Source: Acidobacteriota bacterium
GTDB lineage: Bacteria > Acidobacteriota > UBA890 > WLXD01
Assembly (NCBI GenBank): GCA_963666215.2
Contig: CAXWPL010000005.1
Location: forward strand, 288,001 to 352,000
Direction of reading: 5' to 3'
Length of the DNA: 64,000 nucleotides
This document shows, in pieces, positions 8,658-16,447 of this stretch; position 1 is the first letter of the stretch; every line of letters begins with the position of its first letter. The position numbers and the translations under genes are program-made. The notes beneath the pieces are model-generated. The model ran no database searches. It was not told the DNA's origin and saw only the letters and a list, made by a program, of their open reading frames with translations.

Positions 8658-10243
8658 GGGTTCGTACCCCCTGGCTCGCCAACGTCGGCGCCGACCGACG
8701 CTGAGCACGCCTCCTGCAGCCGAACAACTTCGGCCGCGGCCCACGCGATCGCCTCTTCGGCGTCGCCAAAACGGCCCTGAACCTGCCGCCGCGCGGCACG
8801 ACGCAGCAACTGGCCCAGCTTCGGTCCGGGCGTCAATCCGGCGTGCTCGAGCATGCGTCCGTCCACCCAGCGGGGCAGCCGCGCGGCAGCAGCGAGCTCG
8901 GCGAGCCGCGTCGCGGCGCGATTTTCGGAGAACGGCACTGCGAGCTCGGCGAGAACGGCGGCGTCGAGCGCCGCCGCAGGATCGTCGAGCGCCTTCTCGG
9001 TAAGCTGTCGATCGAGGTCGTCGTTTTTCTCCACCGGCTCGCCAAGATCGCCGCCAGCGCACCGCGGGTCGTCGTCTTCGTTCTCGCTCCCGGCTTGATC
9101 CACCTGGTTGATCGCCAACGTCCACCGTGCGCGCCGGCTCGATTGGCGCAACCAGCGGCGAGACCAGCGGCGCCGTGCCATCTGATCGCAAAGAGCCTCG
9201 ATAGCGACCACCGCGTTGGCCCGCGTCGACTCCTGTGGCTGGCTCGCGGCCAACACTCCCAGGTCGTGAAGCAACGCCGCCAGCCGCATACACGCCGCTC
9301 GATCGCTCCACACCGGTGGGCGCCCTTGCCGTCGCCCAACATGTCTGGGTGGATCGGGAGAATCCGGGGAATCGGCAGCATCGAGACCAGCGCGATCGGG
9401 ATCTCCCTCGCGGGCCTCCAAGGCCTCAATGAGGCCATCGGTGGCACCTGAGACGGAACCACCGAGCGTCAGCTCGGCCAGACCGAACTCTGAGGCTAGC
9501 GCGACGCCGTCCGCCCAGCGCGGCCCTGAAAGTAGCAGCTCCCATTCGCTAGCCACGCGCTCGTCCGCCACGCTCGCGATTCGCGCCACGTTGCCGGCGA
9601 TGGCAGCACGTGTTGCCGGATCGAGATCGAACCCGGGCAGCGCGCTGGCGTAGCGAACTCCACGCAGCAAGCGCAACGGATCGTCGCGAAATGCGCCCTG
9701 GGTAACACAAACCAGCCGCCGAGCGGCGAGATGGTCGCGGCCGTGGAACGGGTCCATGAGGCGGGTCGCGAGGAGCTCTGGGTCGACGTCGACCGCGGGC
9801 CCCGGCGCAGACGCCTGGCCGCCCGGCTCCGTCTTGTCCCAGGGCGGGGAGACGCTCGCACGCGGCGCAAGTCCGCCGAGCCGCAATGCCATGGCGTTCA
9901 CGGTGAAGTCACGACGCGTCAGATCGTCACGCAGCGTGCCCAACGCGCGCCCGATGTCTACTTGTTGGCCGTGCCAGCGGAAACGTCGAGTGTCCTGGAA
10001 ACGATCGCCGATTTGCGCCGGCTCCCGACCCAGAGCGAGGCGCACGGCGTCCAGGAACACCTCGAATTCGGATTCGACGACGATGTCCAGATCGTGCGGC
10101 GGACGCCCGAGCCAGGCGTCGCGGAGGGCGCCGCCCACGAGCGCCACAGGCGCCGGATGAGCGCCAGCCAATCGATCGAGGCTGGCGAGCGGCTCGCGAC
10201 TGAGGAGTCGAGCAAGTGCGCCAAGGCCGTTGACGGTGTTCAT
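8654..10243 (-). CDS. Class II tRNA nucleotidyltransferase (CCA/poly(A) polymerase family), probably CC-adding type
   Basis: LVGGALRD, DLD, DDLTRRDFTVNAMA and DDPLRLLR motifs; C-terminal GLTPGPKLG. Confidence 0.85.
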   Translation of the reverse strand: MNTVNGLGALARLLSREPLASLDRLAGAHPAPVALVGGALRDAWLGRPPHDLDIVVESEFEVFLDAVRLALGREPAQIGDRFQDTRRFRWHGQQVDIGRALGTLRDDLTRRDFTVNAMALRLGGLAPRASVSPPWDKTEPGGQASAPGPAVDVDPELLATRLMDPFHGRDHLAARRLVCVTQGAFRDDPLRLLRGVRYASALPGFDLDPATRAAIAGNVARIASVADERVASEWELLLSGPRWADGVALASEFGLAELTLGGSVSGATDGLIEALEAREGDPDRAGLDAADSPDSPDPPRHVGRRQGRPPVWSDRAACMRLAALLHDLGVLAASQPQESTRANAVVAIEALCDQMARRRWSRRWLRQSSRRARWTLAINQVDQAGSENEDDDPRCAGGDLGEPVEKNDDLDRQLTEKALDDPAAALDAAVLAELAVPFSENRAATRLAELAAAARLPRWVDGRMLEHAGLTPGPKLGQLLRRAARRQVQGRFGDAEEAIAWAAAEVVRLQEACSASVGADVGEPGGTNP

Positions 10244-10347
10244 CGATTTCTTCGATTCATCCAAGCAAGCGCCGGACGACTGTCGGGCTTGTCCGATCAC
10301 GCGCTCTACGCTCCCTCGAGAGAAGTACGGAGCCCACTCACGACCGC

Positions 10348-10803
10348 CTACGGCTGCTGTAGCAGTCCCTTGAGCTCCGCCATGAACGCGTTCAGGTCCT
10401 TGAACTCACGATAAACAGACGCGAATCGCACGTAGGCCACTTCGTCGAGCCCGCGCAGCCGCTCGACCACCAGCTCGCCGATCTGCGCGCTGTCGATCTC
10501 GCGATTCGGACCGTCGTGAGCAAGTGTCTCGACCGCGTCGCAGATCTCTTCGAGCTGCTGCATCGAGATCGGTCGACGATGCGAGGCGCGCATCAGGCCG
10601 GCGAGGAGCTTGTTCCGGTCGTAGCCCTCGCGGCGGTCGTCTTTCTTGACCACCATGATCGGTACGGCCTCGAACTGCTCGTAGGTCGTCGTGCGCCGAC
10701 CACATTCGACGCATTCACGACGCCGTCGGATTACGCGCCCTTCGCGACTCTCACGAGAATCGACCACCTTGTCGTTGTTGTGGCCGCAATAGGGACACTT
10801 CAT
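10348..10803 (-). CDS. nrdR: Transcriptional repressor NrdR
   Basis: MKCPYC...VVDSRE...IRRRREC..C zinc ribbon, ATP-cone, AYVRFASVY. Confidence 0.97.
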   Translation of the reverse strand: MKCPYCGHNNDKVVDSRESREGRVIRRRRECVECGRRTTTYEQFEAVPIMVVKKDDRREGYDRNKLLAGLMRASHRRPISMQQLEEICDAVETLAHDGPNREIDSAQIGELVVERLRGLDEVAYVRFASVYREFKDLNAFMAELKGLLQQP

Positions 10804-10812
10804 GACATCACG

Positions 10813-11838
10813 CTACATTCTTTCGGGCGCCAGCGCCCCCACCGAGCCCAACGTCATGCCCTCGCGGAATAGAAGCAGTAGCCCGATCGCGGCACCTGGC
10901 AAGAACACCAGTGCGTGGCTGATCAATGCGTAGGCGATCGCGCTGTCGTTGGGCACTCCCCACAGCGTCACGAGACCGATCTGGGCCGCCTTGTGGAAAC
11001 CGCCGATGCCCGCCGGTGTGGGGACGAGAACCCCGACCACCATGAGCGCCACCAGTGGGATGGTGGCGTACCAGGGCAGATCAATACCGAGCGCCCGGAA
11101 CAGCAAGAAGTACGTCAGGCAGGTGACGCTCCAGATTCCGACCGAGTGAAGTGCGATCGCGGCTACCAACCGCCCGTCTCGCAGCCCTGCGAGCCCGTCG
11201 ACAAACGACCTCCCGAGATCTTGCAGCTTGCCGGGCAGCAGCGCGAACAGCCGCCCTACGAGCCCCGATTCCAGATCGGGATCGTCTCCCTGCCGTCGCA
11301 CCCAGCGGAGCAGAATCGCGCCGCCGAGCAGCGAAACGAGCAGCGCCGCACTCCCGGTGACGCGCAATCCCGACATCACGCCCTGGGAATCGTCCCCGAG
11401 CATCGCGGGGGCCGGCAAGATGGCCAGATACGTCGCCAACAGCACGAGAACAGCGATCCCATCGAACGCCCGCTCGAGCACCACCGTGGCGATTGCCGCG
11501 CTCGCCGTCACGTCGTCTCGACGCGCTAGCAAGATCGGCTTGGCGACCTCGCCGATCCGCCCAGGCAGGACCACGGTGATCGCCCAGCCCATCAGCACGC
11601 ACGCCACGAGCCGGCCGAAAAGGGCGCGAAACCCGGGTAGCATGGGCGACAGGAGCAACCCCCACCGCCAGGCCCGATACACCTGAACGGAGACCGCCAA
11701 CACCACGGCAAGCAGCAGCAGCGACACGTCGGCGCTGCGAGCTTCGGCGAGTACCTGCTGCGGATCTGCGCTACGCAAGAACAGATAGAGCAGAACACAT
11801 GCGAGCAAGACTCCGACAACAGCCTGCGGTCGACGCAT
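10813..11838 (-). CDS. Lysylphosphatidylglycerol synthase TM / flippase-like membrane protein
   Basis: RAWRW, LPGRIGEV, VVLERAFD and PTPAGIGGFH motifs; multiple TM helices. Confidence 0.85.
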   Translation of the reverse strand: MRRPQAVVGVLLACVLLYLFLRSADPQQVLAEARSADVSLLLLAVVLAVSVQVYRAWRWGLLLSPMLPGFRALFGRLVACVLMGWAITVVLPGRIGEVAKPILLARRDDVTASAAIATVVLERAFDGIAVLVLLATYLAILPAPAMLGDDSQGVMSGLRVTGSAALLVSLLGGAILLRWVRRQGDDPDLESGLVGRLFALLPGKLQDLGRSFVDGLAGLRDGRLVAAIALHSVGIWSVTCLTYFLLFRALGIDLPWYATIPLVALMVVGVLVPTPAGIGGFHKAAQIGLVTLWGVPNDSAIAYALISHALVFLPGAAIGLLLLFREGMTLGSVGALAPERM

Positions 11839-12024
11839 GACCGGACACCCTTTGTTGACCCTGACCTATAAACCAACCCGAGCCCGCCGAATTCAAGCCT
11901 GACGAGCGCCGCACCCGCTAGGAAGCTAACTCATGCGAGAATCGGCGGCGCTCACACCCGTCGGCGGGAAACGCGCGGACGGGCTCCCGAATCGCAGATC
12001 AGCTTGTATCCAACCGAACACGCC

Positions 12025-12822
12025 ATGTCGCGCGAAGCGGAAACCGACATCTCGCAAGCGGTGGCGCTGATCGCCGCTGGGCGACGCCTCTATGAGCGCC
12101 GCATTCTGGCATCGTACGAGGGGAATCTGAGCGTGCGACTCGGCCACGGCGCGGGAAGTCCCGCGACTCCCGGAACGGGCGATGGCGAGCGTATCCTCAC
12201 CACGCCCAGCGGGGTGCACAAAGGGAGGCTCGAACCCGACGACCTCGTGCTCACCGACCTGTCTGGAACGCCGCTCAACGGCCGCGTCCCATCGTCGGAG
12301 CTGCCCATGCACCTGGCGGTGTACCAGGAGCGGCCCGACCTGCGAGCGATCGTCCACGCTCATCCTCCAACCGCCACGGGCTATGCGGTTGCCGGGCGTC
12401 GGCTGCCCACCGCGGCTCTGGCCGAGGTGGTAACGATGCTCGGCTGCGTGCCTGTCGCCCCGTACGGCACGCCATCCACGGATGAGCTCGCCGACGCGGT
12501 GCGCGAGCCGGTGCGCTCGTTCGACGTGCTGTTGCTGGCCAATCATGGCGCCCTCACCGCGGGCATCGACCTCGAGCAGGCCGAGGAGCGAATGCACCAA
12601 CTCGAGCACTTCGCCGAGATTGCCCTCGTCAGCCACCTTCTGGGAGGACCACAAAGCCTGTCAACGGAGCAGGTTGCACGGCTCTCCGAGCTGCGCGAGC
12701 GCGGTGGAGGACGCCCGGTGCCGCCGGCTTGCTACCCCTCGGACGACAAATCGGGCACCATTACCCTCACTCGCGCGCAGCTCGTCGAGCTCATTGCCGA
12801 CGCTGTGCGTACGATCCGCTGA
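12025..12822 (+). CDS. Class II aldolase (FucA/adducin family) with a C-terminal encapsulation-peptide-like helix
   Basis: EGNLS, TTPSG, PSSELPMH, IVHAHP and LANHG motifs; tail TLTRAQLVELIADAVRTIR after a Pro/Gly linker; precedes BMC shell genes. Confidence 0.9.
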   Translation: MSREAETDISQAVALIAAGRRLYERRILASYEGNLSVRLGHGAGSPATPGTGDGERILTTPSGVHKGRLEPDDLVLTDLSGTPLNGRVPSSELPMHLAVYQERPDLRAIVHAHPPTATGYAVAGRRLPTAALAEVVTMLGCVPVAPYGTPSTDELADAVREPVRSFDVLLLANHGALTAGIDLEQAEERMHQLEHFAEIALVSHLLGGPQSLSTEQVARLSELRERGGGRPVPPACYPSDDKSGTITLTRAQLVELIADAVRTIR

Positions 12823-12947
12823 ATTCCTCGGCAACTGACAGACCAAGATCGCACCGCTGAGCGAAGCCGCCCGGCGGCGAGCCCGAGCTGGGCAGCAACA
12901 ACAAAGCACCCACCAAGCGCGCCTCGCGCCCGCAAGGAGAACGATCG

Positions 12948-13238
12948 ATGGCAGAGTACGGTGACGCCCTTGGCATGATCGAGACGCGGGGCTTCGTGGG
13001 TATGGTCGAAGCCAGCGACGCGATGGTAAAGTCCGCCAAGGTCACGCTCGTGGGCTATGAAAAGGTTGGCGGTGGTCTGGTCACCGCCATCGTGCGCGGC
13101 GACGTCGCCGCGGTGAAATCGGCGACCGACGCTGGTGCCGCCGCCGCGCGCAGAGTCGGCGAGTTGGTCTCGGTGCACGTGATCCCGCGGCCGCACGGCA
13201 GCCTCGAGGACAACCTACCGATCGGTAAGAGCGACTAG
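12948..13238 (+). CDS. BMC shell hexamer protein (BMC-H, EutM/PduA/CcmK family)
   Basis: ALGMIETRG...[10 protein letters not shown]...[12 protein letters not shown]...VHVIPRPH; AAGGAG RBS. Confidence 0.97.
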   Translation: MAEYGDALGMIETRGFVGMVEASDAMVKSAKVTLVGYEKVGGGLVTAIVRGDVAAVKSATDAGAAAARRVGELVSVHVIPRPHGSLEDNLPIGKSD

Positions 13239-13327
13239 ATCGAGCTTCCGACAACCGTCGGCAAGTTCGGGTGTACCGAAGAACACCCCGTCTCACCCAT
13301 CTCACCACGGCCTGCTAGGAGAGCGGC

Positions 13328-13594
13328 GTGTTTCTCGCCCGCGTTGTCGGCACAGTGGTCGCCACCCGCAAGGACCCCAAGCTCGTCGGCAGCAAGTTGC
13401 TGCTCGTCGTCCCGATCGACGCCGAGGGTAACGACGAGCCCGGGTACCACATCGCGATCGACACAGTCGACGCCGGGTATCGCGAGCGCGTGATCGTGGT
13501 TCGAGGATCGTCGGCTCGCATGGCCGAAGGGCTGAACGATCGTCCGGTCGACGCGGCCATCGTCGGCATCGTCGACCACACGAACATCGAGTGA
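13328..13594 (+). CDS. BMC vertex pentamer protein (BMC-P, EutN/CcmL family) 1
   Basis: MFLARVVGTVVATRK...KLLLV...AIDTVDAG..E.V...DAAIVGIVD; GTG start after AGGAG. Confidence 0.95.
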   Translation: MFLARVVGTVVATRKDPKLVGSKLLLVVPIDAEGNDEPGYHIAIDTVDAGYRERVIVVRGSSARMAEGLNDRPVDAAIVGIVDHTNIE

Positions 13595-13684
13595 GCGACC
13601 GATTGGCAACCTCCCACGCGCAGCCGACCACGAGGCGCGTCCTCGCCGTCATACTCCCGCTCGCATCTCCCGGCGGCTGAGCGG

Positions 13685-13987
13685 TTGGACCTGGCGAGAG
13701 TCGTCGGAAGCGTCGTCTGCACGATCAAGGACGATGGCCTCCACGGCGTCAAGCTGCTGCTCGTCCAGCCGCTCGACGAAGCCCTGCAACCCCGAGGCCG
13801 AGCGCTCGTGACTCTCGACGCTATCGGCGCGGGCACAGGCGAGACGGTGTTCTTCGTCACCGGCCGCGAGGCTTCGTTCGCTTTCCTGCCGCGCATCGTC
13901 CCGGCCGACGCATCGATCGTCGCGATCGTAGACTCGGTCTACGTCGAGGCCGGCGCAAATGACCAGCCCGTGCGGACGAATCGATGA
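13685..13987 (+). CDS. BMC vertex pentamer protein (BMC-P) 2
   Basis: LARVVGSVVCTIK...KLLLVQP...DAIGAG.GE.V...DASIVAIVD. Confidence 0.93.
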   Translation: MDLARVVGSVVCTIKDDGLHGVKLLLVQPLDEALQPRGRALVTLDAIGAGTGETVFFVTGREASFAFLPRIVPADASIVAIVDSVYVEAGANDQPVRTNR

Positions 13988-14349
13988 TCTTGGCTCGCGT
14001 GATCGGCAACGTCGTGGCAACACAAAAACACGACAAGTTCACCGGCTCCAAGCTTCTTTGCGTGCAGCCGATCGACCTGCAGGGCGGTGATATCGACGAC
14101 GCGATCGTCGCCGTCGACAGCGTCGGCGCCGGCCCCGGCGAGATCGTGGTCGTGGTCATCGAGGGACGTTCCGCTAGCCACGCGATGCAAATCGAGCTGG
14201 CGCCGGCGAACGCGGCCATCATCGGTATCGTCGATCAAATCGACCTCGACGAACGCGCCGAGGCCAAGATGGCAAGCAGCCCTCCCGCAGACAAGAATTC
14301 CCGGGACGCGGGGACCCTCAAGAAATCTGAACGCGGAGCCAGCCGTTGA
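13984..14349 (+). CDS. BMC vertex pentamer protein (BMC-P) 3 with a C-terminal extension
   Basis: MILARVIGNVVATQK...KLLCVQP...VDSVGAGPGE...AAIIGIVD, followed by a ~30-aa polar tail; ATGA coupling to BMC-P2. Confidence 0.93.
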   Translation: MILARVIGNVVATQKHDKFTGSKLLCVQPIDLQGGDIDDAIVAVDSVGAGPGEIVVVVIEGRSASHAMQIELAPANAAIIGIVDQIDLDERAEAKMASSPPADKNSRDAGTLKKSERGASR

Positions 14350-15296
14350 GCGCCACGGTACTTGCAGGCAAGCCGATCCAGGAAGCCATCCTCGCCGAAG
14401 TCGCCGAGGGGGTCCGCGCATTCACCGCGACTTCGGCACCATCGAGCCCGCCGCATCTCACTGCGGTTCTCGTCGGCGACGACCCGGCCTCGACGATCTA
14501 CGTGCGCAGCAAGACGCGCACCTGCCGCGAGCTCGGCATCAGCTCCGCCACCCTTCGCCTCGCCGCGACAACGACGACCGAGCAGCTCCTCGACGAGATC
14601 GCGCAGCTCAACGCCGACCCCTCCGTCGACGGCATCTTGGTGCAACTCCCATTGCCGCCGCAGATCGACGAGAAGGTCGTGCTCGATGCGATCGACCCAC
14701 GTAAGGACGTCGATGGCCTGCACCCTGAGAACGCCGGGCTGCTGGCCCAAGGACGGCCGCGCTTCGTTCCCGCGACGCCGGCTGGAATCATCGACATGCT
14801 GGAGCGACTCGAGATCGAGATCTCGGGCAAGCACGCCGTGGTGGTCGGTCGCAGCGAGATCGTCGGCAAGCCGATGGCGGCCTTGTTGCTGCAGCGGCAC
14901 GCCACAACCACCATCTGTCACTCGCGGACCGCCGACTTGGGCGCCATTACGCGACAGGCCGATATTCTGGTCGCCGCGGTTGGTGTTGCCGGCTTGGTGG
15001 GCCCCGAGCACGTCAAGGGCGGCGCCACGGTCATCGACGTCGGCATCAACCGCGTGGACGATCGCGCGCGTCTAGAGACGCTCCTGGGGACGCGTGCCGC
15101 GGGCGCGGATTGGGCCCGATTCGAAGAGCGTGGCTACCTCGTTGTGGGCGACGTCCGTCCCGACGTCGCCGACGTCGCCGGCGCCATGACGCCGGTGCCA
15201 GGTGGCGTCGGGCTGCTGACGATAGGCCTTGTTCTGGTCAACACACTCGAGGCCGCCAGACGACGCCAGGCGGCGGGCGAGCGCGATCTCGTTTGA
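14346..15296 (+). CDS. folD: Methylenetetrahydrofolate dehydrogenase/cyclohydrolase
   Basis: YVRSK, DGILVQLPLP, KDVDGLHP, GRSEIVGKP, VIDVGIN and TPVPGGVG motifs. TTG start overlaps the BMC-P3 stop. Confidence 0.96.
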   Translation: MSATVLAGKPIQEAILAEVAEGVRAFTATSAPSSPPHLTAVLVGDDPASTIYVRSKTRTCRELGISSATLRLAATTTTEQLLDEIAQLNADPSVDGILVQLPLPPQIDEKVVLDAIDPRKDVDGLHPENAGLLAQGRPRFVPATPAGIIDMLERLEIEISGKHAVVVGRSEIVGKPMAALLLQRHATTTICHSRTADLGAITRQADILVAAVGVAGLVGPEHVKGGATVIDVGINRVDDRARLETLLGTRAAGADWARFEERGYLVVGDVRPDVADVAGAMTPVPGGVGLLTIGLVLVNTLEAARRRQAAGERDLV

Positions 15297-15326
15297 ACGA
15301 GATCGAGAGCGATTGAAAGAACGCCG

Positions 15327-16034
15327 GTGAGCCAACTGAATGGCGAACCCGACCCGCGCCCGCGAGCGACGGGTCGATGCACCAACGACGACCCCGCAGC
15401 CATCCTGTTGGTGGGTCTCACCGGCAACATCGCGGCGGGCAAAAGCACCGTCGGACAGCTCCTCGCTGCGCACGGTTTTCTGGTGATCGACGCCGATCGG
15501 CTCGGGCACGCCGTGCTCGAGCAGCCCGAGATCCAGCAAGCGCTGGTCGAGCGCTTCGGCGACCAGGTTCTCGGCGACGATCGTCGGATCGACCGCACGC
15601 GGCTCGGCGCCGTGGTCTTCGGCGACGCCCAAGCACGCGAGTTCCTCAATCACATCACCCACCCGCGCATCCGTGCCCGCGAACAGGAAAGCGTGGCGGC
15701 GTGGTCCGCCGATCACAATCCTGGAATCGCGGTGACCGAGGCCGCGCTGCTCGTGGAGACCGGAGGCGCATCGCGCTACCACCGGCTCGTCGTGGTGACG
15801 GCGGATGACGAGCTGCGACTCGAGCGACTGGCTCAACGCGGGCTCGACGCAGAACACGCGCGGCGGCGAATGGACAGCCAGATGGCGCAGCACGAGAAGG
15901 TCAAGGTGGCCGACTACCTCATCGACAACTCCCGAACCCTGCAGGCGCTCGCGACGCGCGTCGACGACGTGGTCGAGAGTCTGCGACGCGATCTCGAAGC
16001 GCTGGTCGCCGGGACCGACGCCGACGCCGGCTAG
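15327..16034 (+). CDS. coaE: Dephospho-CoA kinase
   Basis: VGLTGNIAAGKSTV, IDAD, THPRI, EAALLVE and ADYLIDNS motifs. Confidence 0.94.
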   Translation: MSQLNGEPDPRPRATGRCTNDDPAAILLVGLTGNIAAGKSTVGQLLAAHGFLVIDADRLGHAVLEQPEIQQALVERFGDQVLGDDRRIDRTRLGAVVFGDAQAREFLNHITHPRIRAREQESVAAWSADHNPGIAVTEAALLVETGGASRYHRLVVVTADDELRLERLAQRGLDAEHARRRMDSQMAQHEKVKVADYLIDNSRTLQALATRVDDVVESLRRDLEALVAGTDADAG

Positions 16035-16447
16035 CTGGCCGGCTCGCCCCTCGGCAGTGCCTCGTAGCTGATCCCGGGATCGCAGGTCACGGCAACGCCG
16101 AGCACCCGCACGCCGGCGCCCAGGTCGGCTGTCGAGAGGCGCCCCAGAAGCCAGTCCGCGACGTCCGAAGCATGCGCCCGCCCGTCGCCGAGCTCGGGAT
16201 GACGCTCCAGCGTCGTGCCTTCGAGCTCGGCGATCTGCTCCTCGATCAGACGGCGCAGCCGTCTGAAATCGACCACGATGGCGATGCCGTCGAGCTGCTC
16301 CGATCCTGCTCGCACAGCCGTGCGCCATCGATGCTCGTGCAGAGTGGCGGCACCGCCGGCGGCATCCACCGCGTGCGACGCACGGAACTCGCACTCCACA
16401 CGCACCTCGTAGGTCGGCGGCGATCGTCGGGGCAACGAAACGCTCAC
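16031..16447 (-). CDS. QueD/6-pyruvoyl-tetrahydropterin synthase-like T-fold protein (divergent)
   Basis: F.ASH...LHEH.W...V...VDF pattern of the PTPS family. Canonical Cys and HGH are altered. Confidence 0.7.
   Translation of the reverse strand: MSVSLPRRSPPTYEVRVECEFRASHAVDAAGGAATLHEHRWRTAVRAGSEQLDGIAIVVDFRRLRRLIEEQIAELEGTTLERHPELGDGRAHASDVADWLLGRLSTADLGAGVRVLGVAVTCDPGISYEALPRGEPAS

Noticed and set aside
8658-9311. Arg-rich N-terminal 218 aa of the 672-aa ThiL ORF
   Set aside because: Overlaps the nucleotidyltransferase gene in another frame; the real start is ATG 8657, coupled to the upstream stop.
11885-11940. AGCTAACTC resembling the c-di-AMP (ydaO) riboswitch 3' motif
   Set aside because: The required GGGG-containing segments and pseudo-symmetric core are absent.
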